The notes below the pieces were generated by a model. The model worked only from the letters and a program-made list of their open reading frames with translations, ran no database searches and was not told where the DNA came from. Position numbers and translations under genes: made by a program. A DNA stretch of 64,000 nucleotides. It comes from Bilabrum cf. latius (taxonomy: Eukaryota). Location of the stretch: positions 62,001 through 126,000 of the forward strand of contig OZ237760.1 in assembly GCA_965178125.1 (NCBI GenBank), in the 5' to 3' direction. Below, one piece after another: positions 1 to 12,000 of the stretch (position 1 is its first letter; every line of letters starts with the position of its first letter).

Positions 1-3000
1 CGTCCATGGCGCCCAGCATCTTGCCCTGCCCCGGCCCCAGGCGAGAAGACACCTCGGTGGCGCGCCGCTCGGCCTCCCGCAGCAGCTGGGACGGCCGCTT
101 GCCCACGGCGGCCACAGCCTGCAGCCGCAGCGGGCCCCCGAGGGTGGGCGTGTCGTCCGTGGTGCGAGCCACGCCGTCCGTCCCCAGCCCCATGCGCGTG
201 AGCATCTCCTCGTCCAGCAGCGCGGGATCGCTGGGCAGGTTCTCGTCCACCCGGTCCAGCCACTCGGCCTCCTCCAGGTCCTTCTCGGTGAGCTGCACGT
301 CGCCGGCGGCGGCCCCGCGGAGCCTCCTGGCCAGCGCAAGCTGCCTGGCGGCCACGACCTGCTGCCACTGCTCCCTCACCTGAGCCTCGACCTCGTCCTT
401 GGCCTCGGCCTCTTCCAACACGGACGTGTCCACCTCGGGGGGCGGCTGTCCCCTCCGGATGCGGTCCGCGTAGTCCTCCGCCCCGCCCGCGCCTCCGAGC
501 ATCTCCTCCCGGATGCCCGAGTCACCCGTTTGCTCGGCGAGCCCGCTGATGGCGTGCCACTCCCGCATCTGCCTAGTGGGGTCAAGCACCCAGTGGTACC
601 TCGCGCGCACCAGGTCGCCGAGGTCGCCCTCGCCCTCACCCCGCTGCAGACGCTGCCAAGACTCCTGACGGAACTTGCGCTCCACCGCACGCTCGGCCCT
701 CAGCTGCGGGATGTGTTCCCTGCGCCGGAGCACCAGCTCGTGGTCCGGGGCCAGAGGCCTGAGCAGCTAGTCTACCTCTTTGGCAGAAGCCCCCGGCAGC
801 CATGCCCTAGCCTTGGCTGCAGCAGCCTCCCTATAGGCCTCAACGCCACGCTCCGAGGCGTCCGCGGGCACGCGCTCCTCAGCGTCCTTCCGCCACAGCG
901 AGCCGCCAGAACCCAGCTGGTGCGCCGCTGCGGTGGGCCCTCCCTTCTGCATGAAATCGTCCCTGCCCATGAGACGGGCGTTAGCGCGGAACTCGGCCTG
1001 CATGGCTTCGCTGAGCGTGCGGGCCGAACCCTCGGCCACAAGCCGGTGGGTCACCTTGACCGCCACCTAGGGGTTGCTCTTGAGAGTCCGCAGCACGGAG
1101 CGCGCCCACGGTGTGTCCTCGGAGCGCAGTCGCTGGTGAATCTCATTAACGCTGCGGGCCTGCGGGACAGACACGCGCCACTTGTCCACGTCCGCGAATG
1201 ACTGGGTCACGCCGCGGGCCACCTGCAGCAGCGCGGGGTGCTCGGGCATCTTCAGGGCCTTGAGCAGCACCTCGGGATCGTGCACCAGGGCAGCCAGGTG
1301 CCCGTCCTGCAGGCCCTCGGCGCCCATCTCCAGCAGCTCCTCCGTAGCCTTGACGTGCCCCTCGAACGTCTCCGCCCCGGGGCCACGGAGGGCCCAGCGA
1401 ACGGGGTTTCTCGCCTCCGCCGAGCCCCCGGGGTCTACCTCGGGCTCGTCGGTGCCCGCGCCTCCCTCCCTCTGCTTCGCTCCTGCACGGCGCGCCCCCG
1501 CTCCGATGTCCGCAGGTGCAGGCGCAAAGCCCATCGCGGCCCGCTCTAGGTTTGCGTCGGAGCGGGAGGGCGTGAAGAGGTGCCCGGTGACGCGCTACAC
1601 GCCCAGCAGGGCCGCACCAGCCACAGGGTGCACGCCCATCGTGTTGGTGCCGATGCTGGCGTCGAAGCCGCGGTACCCGTGGGCACCGGCCGGCAGGGGC
1701 TCGGAGGGGTGCATGCCCAACCAGCCGCCCTCGTCAGGCCGCGCAGACGCCTTTGTGGACTCGAGCCCGAACAGAGTGGCGCTCGGGCCCCGCACCAGAG
1801 GTTTCTTTGCCCCCGACTGGCTCGTGCTGTACCAACCAGCGTCGAGGAGCAAGGGTGCCCTCCGGTTGTGCAGCGCGTCCAGAGCGTCCGCATACGCCCT
1901 CGCACGGGACCTCCGGGCCTCGTCGTGGACGTGGAGCTCGGGGTCCGTGTCCATGGCCGTGCTCAGCTGCGCGGCAGCCGGCATGTCCGCTGGAGCCTTC
2001 ACCACGAACTCGCCCGTGAATGCAAAGGAATCCTTTCCATTCGCTGCCATTGAACGCTACTTCGGCACGAACTTGCTCGTGCCGTCGCCCCCGCTACTGC
2101 CCTTGTGCGGCTCGTACTGGCCCGCAAGCGCCACGGCAGATTCGTGCGCGTCCTCCTGGGTGGCACCCTCGGCCGTGGTGGCCTCGTACTCGAGGCGCGC
2201 TGCCTCGGACACCGCATCCTGCACGGCTCCCTCCATGATCAACAGGGTTTCCCCCGCCGAGGCCGCAAGCTATGGATCCTCGATGCCCCAGGTGCTGACG
2301 GCCCCGTAGGGCGCGTGGAAACGGTCCGTGACGTTCTCAACCTGCGGGCCCTTGTATCCGTCCAACATCTGGCTGCGGGTCAGAGCGTCCATGAGCTCGC
2401 CCCGGCGCCAGCTCGAGTTGAGCCGGCCCGCTGGGTGCGTCATGTCGCCAGCCTCCTGCTCCACAGCGGGCAAGGCCATCTGGTCGTGGTCGTATGGCTC
2501 ATGCTTGAAGCGCGGTGTGGACGGCATGCCGGCGTGCAGCTCAGCCATCCTACCCGCGGGGGACAGCGTGAACGCACCCGGGCCCATCTGGCGCCCGCCC
2601 GTCTTGCGCGCCTCCTCCGCGCGCTTGGCGGCACCCATGCGGAACTCCTCGGCGTCCTCCAGCCGCACCCGCGTGCGCAGCTTCTCGGCCATGGACTCGC
2701 CCACGGCCAGGTCACCCTCCCCTGCATCGGAGTCTAGCACCTGCTGTGCACGGCCTTGCCTGACCAGCGCGGCCTGGTGCATGAGCTCCGAGTCGGGCAC
2801 CTCGGTGAGGCCCAGCTCCATGGTGCGGGCATCCCGTCCCTTGCGAGCCTTGGCCACCGCCCCCGCGTGCCTCCTGCGGAGAGTAGCCACCAGCGGGTCC
2901 TCCTTATGGTTCTTGGACCTGAACAGGCGCGGGTCCGAGCGGTCCCTGTGCGCCACCCCGTCCCAGCCCTCGTTGTCTCCCGAGAATCGGGCCGCAGCTT

Positions 3001-6000
3001 GCTCGAACGCCTACGGGCTGATGGACGCGGCCAGCTCCATCGCGGTCTGGCCGTGCTCCGAAAAGAGCTTCCGCTCCACCTCCCCCGAGAGCCCGTCCAT
3101 CAGCAAGGAGCTGTTTGCGTCCTCTACCTCCAGTGCACGAGCCGCCATCACGCGGGCCAGGGCGGCCTCAGACTGCGCACGCTCTTCCAAAACGGCAGCG
3201 GGAGCCTTGCCCTTCTTCTCGATGGCCGCGCCAGCCTCTGCCCGCGCCCTGCCCACCGCCTCCAGCGCTGACTTGGCATCGTCGTGGGACGAGTGCAGTC
3301 CACGCACTACCGCTGCGGATGCAGCCACGATCTTGCCCTCGCGGTACGCCTGCTTGGCCCGGGCAGCGGCCAGCACAGCGGCTTGTGCCTCGTCTGCCTC
3401 CGGGTGCTCCGGCTTGACGCCCGAGCCGGCTAGCACCTGCTCAAGGCTCTCGCGCATCTCACGGGCGCGCGTGGGGACCGCGCTTCCCTCCTCCTCCGCG
3501 GCCGACAGACCCAACTGCGACTGCACCAGCCACGTCTGCGCGCGCCGGAGCACCGTCTTGGGCAACCTCGTCCCCGGGGGAGCCGCCCCCAGCAGCACGC
3601 GCACGCCCTCCCGCGTCTCCTCGTCCCGCTTCACGGCGCGCTGGAGCCAGTGACCACGGCCGGCGTGCTCGGCAGACCGCGCCTCCTCTTCGGCGGCTGC
3701 CACTCGGAAGCAGTCCAGCATTGACAGGCCGTTGCTCGACAGCGCCCTCAATTCGGTGGCGCGGGCCCTCAGCCGCTCCTCAAGCAGCAGCACCACCTTC
3801 TTCGAATCTGTCAAGGACTTGCCGAGGACGGCTTCCCTTCGGCTGGCGGCTTCCTTGATCGACTGCTTCGCTTCTTCGCTCAAGCCCTCGCCCAGCATGT
3901 CCAGACGGGCCGCGGCCTCCCCGGGGCTGGACCCGGGCCCAACCTCGAGGTCAATCTGGCTGGGATCCTCAAGGGCTACCCGCCGGGCGACATCCAGCTC
4001 GGAGGGCTCATTGAGGCACAGCTCCAGGGCCGCGTCCACCTCTTGGACGCTCGGAGCGCCCCGGGCATCCAGGTGCGACAGCGTCTGCTGCGCCTTTGTT
4101 CCCTTGGGCACCAGCTCCAGCCCACTGGCCCTCTCCTGCTCCAAGGCCTCCCCCGCGCGCACCTCCGTCCGCATTGCGAGCTCCTCGGTCAGGCCCTCCC
4201 GCGAGTAAGCAGCCTCTATGGACGAGTCACGGGCTTTGTGGGGCGGGCGGCCCGCCACTGCGGCATCTACAGCACGCTTTCCGGCCTCCGCATCGCTGGG
4301 CTTGCTCTGTGAGGCAGCGTCAGCTACATTGCCCTTGGCACTGGAGAGCAGTTTCTTCTCGGCCTCCTCGGTCGCAGCCACCGCCGTTGCAGCCGCGATC
4401 TCATCCACAGTAGGGAGTCCCTCGGGCTCCTTGGCCAGCACCTCGGAGGCGTCGGGCAGGCCCACGATGCCCTCCTTGGCGGCGACTGCCTCCGATGTGG
4501 CGCTCTTGTGGAGAGCCCTCGCGGCGGGCTCTGGCTCCATGGGCTCCGGCCCGTCGCGCACCCCAAGGGGCTGCACGCCGCCGGGTCCCTGCGCGCGCTC
4601 CCTCTTGGCATCGGCCATAAGCACGTGCAGCGGCCTAGTCGCGTCTTTCTGCGCCACGATGCGCCGTAGCAGGTGGTACGCCCTCATCCTGGCCTGGTCC
4701 TTGGACAGGCGAGCCTCCACCGCCTCCATCGAGACGTCTTCGCTGGCGTCTGCCACGACGGACTTCTCCGATGCAAAGGCCTCCGTCGACTGGAGCAAGC
4801 TGCCCGTCAGCTCTTCGGTCGTCTCGGGCAGCAGGAGCCGTCCCGCTTCCAGGAGAGCCTGCCGCCTCGCAGATCCGCGCGGCACTCCCATCTGGTCCAA
4901 GGTGTGCTGCAACTGCTGCTCCTCGAAGCGATCCAGCGCATCGACGTCGGGGCCCCCCATTGACAAAGAGTTGTTGGCGGCCTTGGCCACGCTGCTAGGG
5001 AGCTCGGGGGCTTGCATTCCGTTGCTGAGGTCGGGCCGGCTGCCTCGTAGATGCGCGGTACACTCTTCCACTGCCTCTTGTTGCATGCGGCTGAGATATT
5101 CGTCCCATGCCGAGTTCGCCGCTTCCTCGGCCTCCTTCGCCTTGGCACTGGGGGATGCGCCCTGCTCGCTCTCCAGCACCGCCTTGCGGGCGACTTCCGC
5201 CGCCTCTTGCGCCCCAACGATCCACTCCTCGTACGACTCCACCACAGATCGGATGGAGATGTTGAGCGCACGCTGCACGTCGGAAGGAGTGGCAGCTCGC
5301 TGGATGGGCACGCCAAACCGAGTGGTCCACCCGAGCGGCCGCTTCCATGGGGACAGCATCTCAACCCGCTCAGGGCTCAGCTTAGAGCTAGCCTGTGCCC
5401 GAGCACCTGCTGCAGTGCTTGCGCTCTGCTCCGCCGCGGCACTTACCTCGGCTCGGAGCTCGGGTACAGCCGTCGAGTCGCCGTCGAGCACTCTTCGCAC
5501 TGCAGCACTGACGTGGCTCGAGTCCAGCACAGCCGAATCACCCACGTTCTGTGTCGGTAGCTTGCTGGTATTGCCACCGCGCTCATCGGCCAGCGCCGAC
5601 CCGTCCGATCTGTCCCCAGGCAGCACCCTGCGTACTACGGCCTGCGCCACCGCCCTAGGGTGGATGCCCAGGTGCTTGAGTAGGTGTGGCAGGTGACTGG
5701 ACTTGCTCATGGCCTCTGTCACGGTAGCCATGGCGCGAGCCCGTACCCAATCCTCCGTGGCGCGCGCCACGGCGGCAGCCGACAGGTGCGCCGCGGCGTC
5801 TTCGGCCCTACCCCGTGCCGCGCTCTCAGCCGCAGCTGCATCGGCCGCCACCTTAGCCACAGAGGCATAGTCGGCAGTCGCGTCAACGTCGCTGCCCCCC
5901 TGCCGGATCACCTCGGCGGCCTCCTTGATCCCCTCCGCCATCGAGGCAGCCGAAGGAGACTCGCCATGCTTCTCCGCGATCTTGCCCAACCGCTCCCGGA

Positions 6001-9000
6001 CCACCTCCCGCTTGGCCTCCTGCACCTTGACGAAGTCCGCGGCGGACTCGGGACTGGGCATGAGCCCTGTGGCGATGGCGGCCCCACGAGCCGCCTCACC
6101 TCCGTCTCCTGCCATCTCGAGCCTCTCCTCTGCTCGCAAGGCGGCATCCGCCCTCTTCTGCGCACGGGCGAGCGCCTCCAGCTCCTGCAAAGTGCCCATG
6201 GGCCCGCCCACGGCGCCGCCGCTCATCCACCAGTGCCTGCCCATCTGTGCCGACACGACGCCATCGCGGCCCTCGCTCACTCCGGCAGGCCGTGCCCCTA
6301 GCCCCCTAGAGATCTCGGCCATCTCGGTGCGGGCCGAGGGCACGGTCTCTCTGCCCCGCCGTGGGCCCAGGCCATCGGGCAGCTGCATGCCTCGGTCCAG
6401 GTCGGGCATGGCTTCAAAGAGAGGCACCTCGTCCACATCCTCGTCAAAGCCTTGGGTAGAGACCCAGCCAGGCTTACGGTAGGCACTAAGATCGATGGCA
6501 TGCAGCGAAGAGGGGTCGAGCTCCTTGAGCCTGTGCGGGTTGGGCACTTTGTCAAGCTGTTTCTCCTTACGGATCATTTTCCCTTGCCTTTGGGAAGAGA
6601 CCGCGCCGAGGAAATCCTACCCCACGGGCCTCTTTTCCTTCATGCTGGCTGCAAGGGTGCGGGCATCGTTGATGGCGATGTTCGCGAACGAGTCCCCAGC
6701 AGGCCCCACAGTCGCCAACACGGGCGAGGCTCCCGGGTGCACGGCATGCAGCAGCCGGCCCCCTCGATCCAGGCCTGACATGGCTCGTAGGGACTCCACA
6801 AGCTAAGCATACCCTCTCGCGGACTCGTGCGCGTTGAGAGCTGCCCGGGCCTCCACTCGGGCGGCGGCCTCCCCTTCCTGCCCCGCGATTGCCAGGGCCG
6901 CCTCCATTGCCTCCTCGGCAGTGCGAGCCATCTCCTCTGCCCTCTGAGCGACAGCGGCAACGGTGCTTGACCCGTTATCGCCAGGAGTCGTGAGTGAGGG
7001 GCCCAGCTCAGGCACATCCAGGCCCTTGGACTCGGCCTGTGCCGAAGCAGCCTTGGCCGAGCCTGCCACTGCCTCTCCCAGCCAGCTGGCGGCCGCATCC
7101 ACGACTCTCTCGAAGGCACTGACCTCTCGCTGCCCGCCCAGTATGATACGCCTGCGGAACTCGCTGGCCTTGCGCACGGAGTGCACCATAAGCTTCTGCA
7201 CCACGTCGTCCTCCCCCTTGAGCATGGCATTCTGCACGGCACCCTTGAGCGCGGGTTCACCCCTGAGTCGGGCCATCCTTAGCTTCTCCTGGACCTCTTC
7301 CTCGTCCTTCCCGCCCCGCGCATACCAAGATGGCTCTGATGGCACGAATGGGTCCATGTGACGCAGCCTCACCACGCCATCGTGCTTAATGCCGCCAGCT
7401 GCGCATTCGTACGACAGATCAGCTCCGCGAGCCTCCACACGTGCTGCCTACTCGCCGGGGGCCGCACCGCCTTCGGAAGCTCTGGCAGGCACGCTGCTGG
7501 CGAGCACTTCGTTCGCGATACCAGCCCCTCCCGAGGCAGTTGGCTCCACCAGCATAATGCCTCGTTTGGTAGCTCGTGTGTTCCTTGCCATGTGCTGCAG
7601 CGCGATGGGGCCTCTCCGCAAGCCGCCGCTCTTGGCCTCCATCGCTGCATCCGTGGATGCTGTCCTCAACGCGTTGATCTCATCAAGCATGCCCATTCTG
7701 TGCACCTCATTCCCAGGCTGCCTGCCCGACGGCAGCGTGATGTTCTGCTCCTTCATGGCGCGGGCCGTCCGATCGAATGCATCCACATCGTCGGCATATA
7801 CCTTGGCGATGGCCAGCCCGCGCGTCATGACGTCCTCCTGCTGGACGCTGTCGGGCACAGGCAGCGAGGGCGAGGCCACGGGGTCAACCATCGGGTCCAC
7901 TCCACCAGGCACCAGCATGGCGGCCATGCGGTCCGCATCCGACCTGTCCGCGAGGTAGTTCTCCTTTAGCACCGCCTCTGCCACCTCTGCGGCAGTGCGG
8001 TCGTGCAAAGAGGGAAGGTGGGCGGGGTGCAGCGTGACACCCTCGCGGTCCGCCTCCTCGAGCAGCTCACGAGCCTTCGTGCTAGCGGCCTTGGTATCGC
8101 TCTTGGCAAAAATCTGCGTGGCCTGCATGGACGGGAATCCGTTGGGACCAGGGGCGCCAATCCTTCCGCCGTCAAGTCGAGCGACGTGTCCCCGGGCGTC
8201 ACCGGCTAGGCCAGGGTCCATCCCACCGCGCTTCTCCACCTCGAGGGCTGTGAGACGCCTGGAGAGAGCGGCGCGCTGGGCAGTGCGCTTGGCTCGGTCC
8301 ATGAATCTCCTCCTCTTGGCGGCGTCGTAGTGGTTCCGCTTCTCGGTGGGTAGCGGCCGCAGGGGGGCGTGCAGCTTGTAGAACCAGAGCATGTCCGCCC
8401 TGTCGGACCAGCGGCCCTGCTCCACGAGGTAATCGATCGAGGCGAGCTCCTCTCGGCTGTCGGGGTCGAGAGACCTGGCCTTGAGCTTGTCGTAGTTGAG
8501 ACCAAGCGAGGTGCCGTACAGGCTGGCCTCCTTCTCGCCCAGCCCGGTCACTGCGTCGAGAGCGGTAGGACCGTCCACCGCGGCACCAAGGGCGGCCTTG
8601 TCGAGCTTGATGTTCTTCGTGGACACCATATCGTGGCCCGCCAGCTCCAACGGGTAGTCCGCAAACCTGTCCCGACCCATGGGGGGCGTCAGCCTGCCGA
8701 GCGCCGCCCTTTGTGGCACGCCGCTGACCTGCGCCCAGGCAGCGGGAAGCGCCACTAGGGTCTCCGGGTTGGGCCCGCCCCACTGGGCTTCTGTGCCGGG
8801 CAGGGTGTTGCCTCCGCCCTCGGGGCCCTGGATCAGGTTGAGACTCGCGAGGTACGGGGCATCGTCGGGCCCGCCCGTCGTCATTGCCTCGGCCGCCTGC
8901 AGCTGCTCAATGTCCACCCTCTGCCTCTTGTACCTCGCCTCGAGGTCTGCCTCGCCCAAGTCGTTGAACTCGCGGTGGTCAGCGGCCTCCAGGTCTGCAT

Positions 9001-12000
9001 CCACAGCGGGACCGCCCTCTAGAATGGAGCGCGCGGCGCCATCCCCGGGCAGCACCGGCGCATCAAACCCACCGGCCAGGTCGCCCTCCAGCACCGAGGC
9101 CAGCGCGGCCTTGTCAGCCGCCCCTTTCTCCACGGCAGCCTCGAGGGCCTCTTGCGCCGAAATGCGCCTAGCTGCGGCCCGGCGATGCGCCCACACCTCG
9201 TCCCTGCCAGTCTCCTGCCTCCAACGCGCCCGGAGCCACATTCGCAGGTAGCTAGAGGCACCTTCCGCCGTGAGGCCGTCAGGACCGGCGAGTGGCCCGC
9301 GAACGTTAGGCTGGCTGCCCACGCTTCCATCCTCTGCAACGTGCTCCGCCAGAGGGGTGCCCGCGAGCGTGCCGCCAGCCACCTCCACGGGCAGCCTGGC
9401 GAACGCGAGCAGCGCATCGTCCGGCGCGCCCGCCGCGGACTGGTTTGCAGATGCAGCGGCCTCTTCGGCTAGCTGCGGCGAGCCGAACGCCGAGGCAAGG
9501 CTGGCGTAGTCGGGGCGGGCCTGCCTGGCCTTGGCCTCAATCGTGGACTCTATCACGCCGTGGTCCGTCGGGTTGATCGTCTCTGAAGAGAGCCCGTCGC
9601 CCAGGAAGAGCTCGCCAAACCCAGGACGGACCCACCCGATGCCCGGGCCTCCCCACACCATCGGCAGGGTGGCAGCGTTCTTCGGATCCAGCACCACGTT
9701 GGACGTGTCCGGGGGCGGCACAGGCGCGGCAGCCTGCTGCACCTGGTGGTTCACCAGGTCAACCACAAGCCTCTGCCGCTCCTGCCCGTCCAAGGGGACG
9801 TGCTCGTCGATCGCTTCCTGCAGGTCTTCCTGCCCCTCCTCGCCGACCATCCGACTCCGGAGGCCGACCCCCTCCCCGCCCAGCAGTGACACCCCGTCCC
9901 CACCAGCCTCAGCCAGCGATGGACCCTCCGAGTCGGACAGGGCGGCCTCCTCCACGTCCGACTGCGAGACCGAGGACGCGCCAGACTCGGATGACGTCGC
10001 CTCGGCATCCACAGCTGCACTAGATGACTCGGCAGGCGCAGCCGCGGCATCGCCACTGCTCTCGCCCTCCCCAGCGACCACCTCGGCACTCTCACCGTCC
10101 ACCTCGGCTTTCTCTCCAGCCAGCTCGGGCGGCAGCTCCAGGGTGACGCTGGCGTCCTCCATGGCGGCAGCTCGCTTCTGGCCCGCCCCCGACTGCGGCA
10201 TGGCCGCCTTTACCTGCTCCCTGGGCACCTCACCTAGCTCAAACACGTGGTCCAAACCACCGGCGCTGTCCAATCCAGCGGGGCCCGCAAGGTCCGCAGC
10301 CTTCTGCAGCATGATGTCGATCCCCTCAAGCGCCTGGGCAGGCTCCTTGCCCTCTCTTGCGTACCGTTCGATGACCGCCGGGTCCTCAATGTCCGTTTTG
10401 ATGCCGTCCGGCATGCGGGCCATGCCCAGATTGAACACGGGGTCCACAGTGCCAGGCTGCCAGTACGGATTGTTGCTCTTGGCCGGCCCGTAGTGGGGGC
10501 GCGGGCCTGGCACGTTCTCGGCACCGCCGTTCCGCGTGTACGCCAGCCAGTCGCCCCACGCCGCTCCCGGGTTGTAGCCCGCAGGCTGGCCCATTTGGAA
10601 CTGGGAGTTGAGGTAGAAATCACCCATGCCGCCCATGGGTCCGTCCCCCCCGTCGCCCAAGGCATGCCCCGTCTGGATGGCACCGTAGAGGTCCTCAGAC
10701 ACGCCCATGATGGCCTGTCCCCATCCCGACTCGAACATGGCGTCCTCACTTCTGTCGGCCACCACGTCGCCGATCCATGTCGGCTGCAGGTGGGGCCTGT
10801 CCAGCATCTCCCCGGCAGTTTCGATCATTTCCGTTTCCAGTTCCATGTCAGCGGACCGCCCCGAAGCAACGGCCTCCTCATCGTGGGCTCCTGACAGCCG
10901 CACGAGCAGCTCGTCTGCCTCCTCCAGCAGCAGCTCCTGTGCCATCTCGGCGTCCTGCGCGCTCTGCACCGCCGCCTCCCGCTGCAGCCGCAGCTCCTCC
11001 GACAGCTCCACGTCTGCAGGGTCCATCGCAGCGTCGGGCTGTGTAGGTGTCTCTCCGTCCCTGACCCGAATCTCACGCATGGACTCCCCCAGAGGCAGCA
11101 GGTCCGCCTTGCCCCCGCTGAGGTTGAGGGCACGGAGGCGCTCCTTGGCTCGGCGAGTTGCCACGGCCTCCCTAGCCTCCAGATGCCTCCCAAGGGAGAT
11201 GTCCTTCAGCGCGCCCCTGGCCTTGGCAGACTTGCTCGCGAGGTCCTTGGCCATGCGCAGTGCGTCCGACTCGCTTAGCTCTTCGCCGGCACTCTTGAAG
11301 GCGGCGCGCAGGCGGGCGGCCTCTGCTTGCACCCGGTCCCCATTGAAGCCTACCGTGGCGTCGCCGGCGGCACCCTTCGCTGCCTCAGACCCGCTGGCAG
11401 AATCCGCTCCGAAATCCCTGCGCTCATCCGGTGCGTCCAGCTCGCTGTCTTCCACCCCAAGCTCCTCCTGTACCCTGGCCAGCTCCGCGTGCTCGTTGTC
11501 TCTCTCGATCCGCTCGAAGACGTTGTTGGGTCCGTCGTAGTTCTCATCGTCGTGCGGCACCCTGCCTTGCTCCACCAGCTCGTCAAACACGTCAAACTCC
11601 ACCAGCTCCTGCACCACGGCATCAGACAGCCTCGCTGCCTCCTCCACGGCGCGCTGCTGTGCCACGCTGCGCTGAGCCTGCAGAGCGAACGCGGGCACGC
11701 CATGCAGCCGCGCTACCGCCAGCAGCACGGCCCGCTGCACAATCTGCGCGACAAACACGGGGGCACCCACAGGAGAGTCCACGAGCTATTCGAACCTGCG
11801 GGGGGCGTTGGAGCGCTGGGCACAGTCGTCCGCCTCCGCCAGGGTCAGGCTGCCGTGCGGCCACGACTGCCGCACGCCCTGCCGCACCGCATCCGCCACC
11901 CGGGTGAGCGCAGGGGCACCGCCTTCCCGCGCCACCGGGTCCTTGGAGGCCCTCGGGGGCGCGATACCCAGCGTGTCGTAGGCCTCGAGCAGCACGCCCT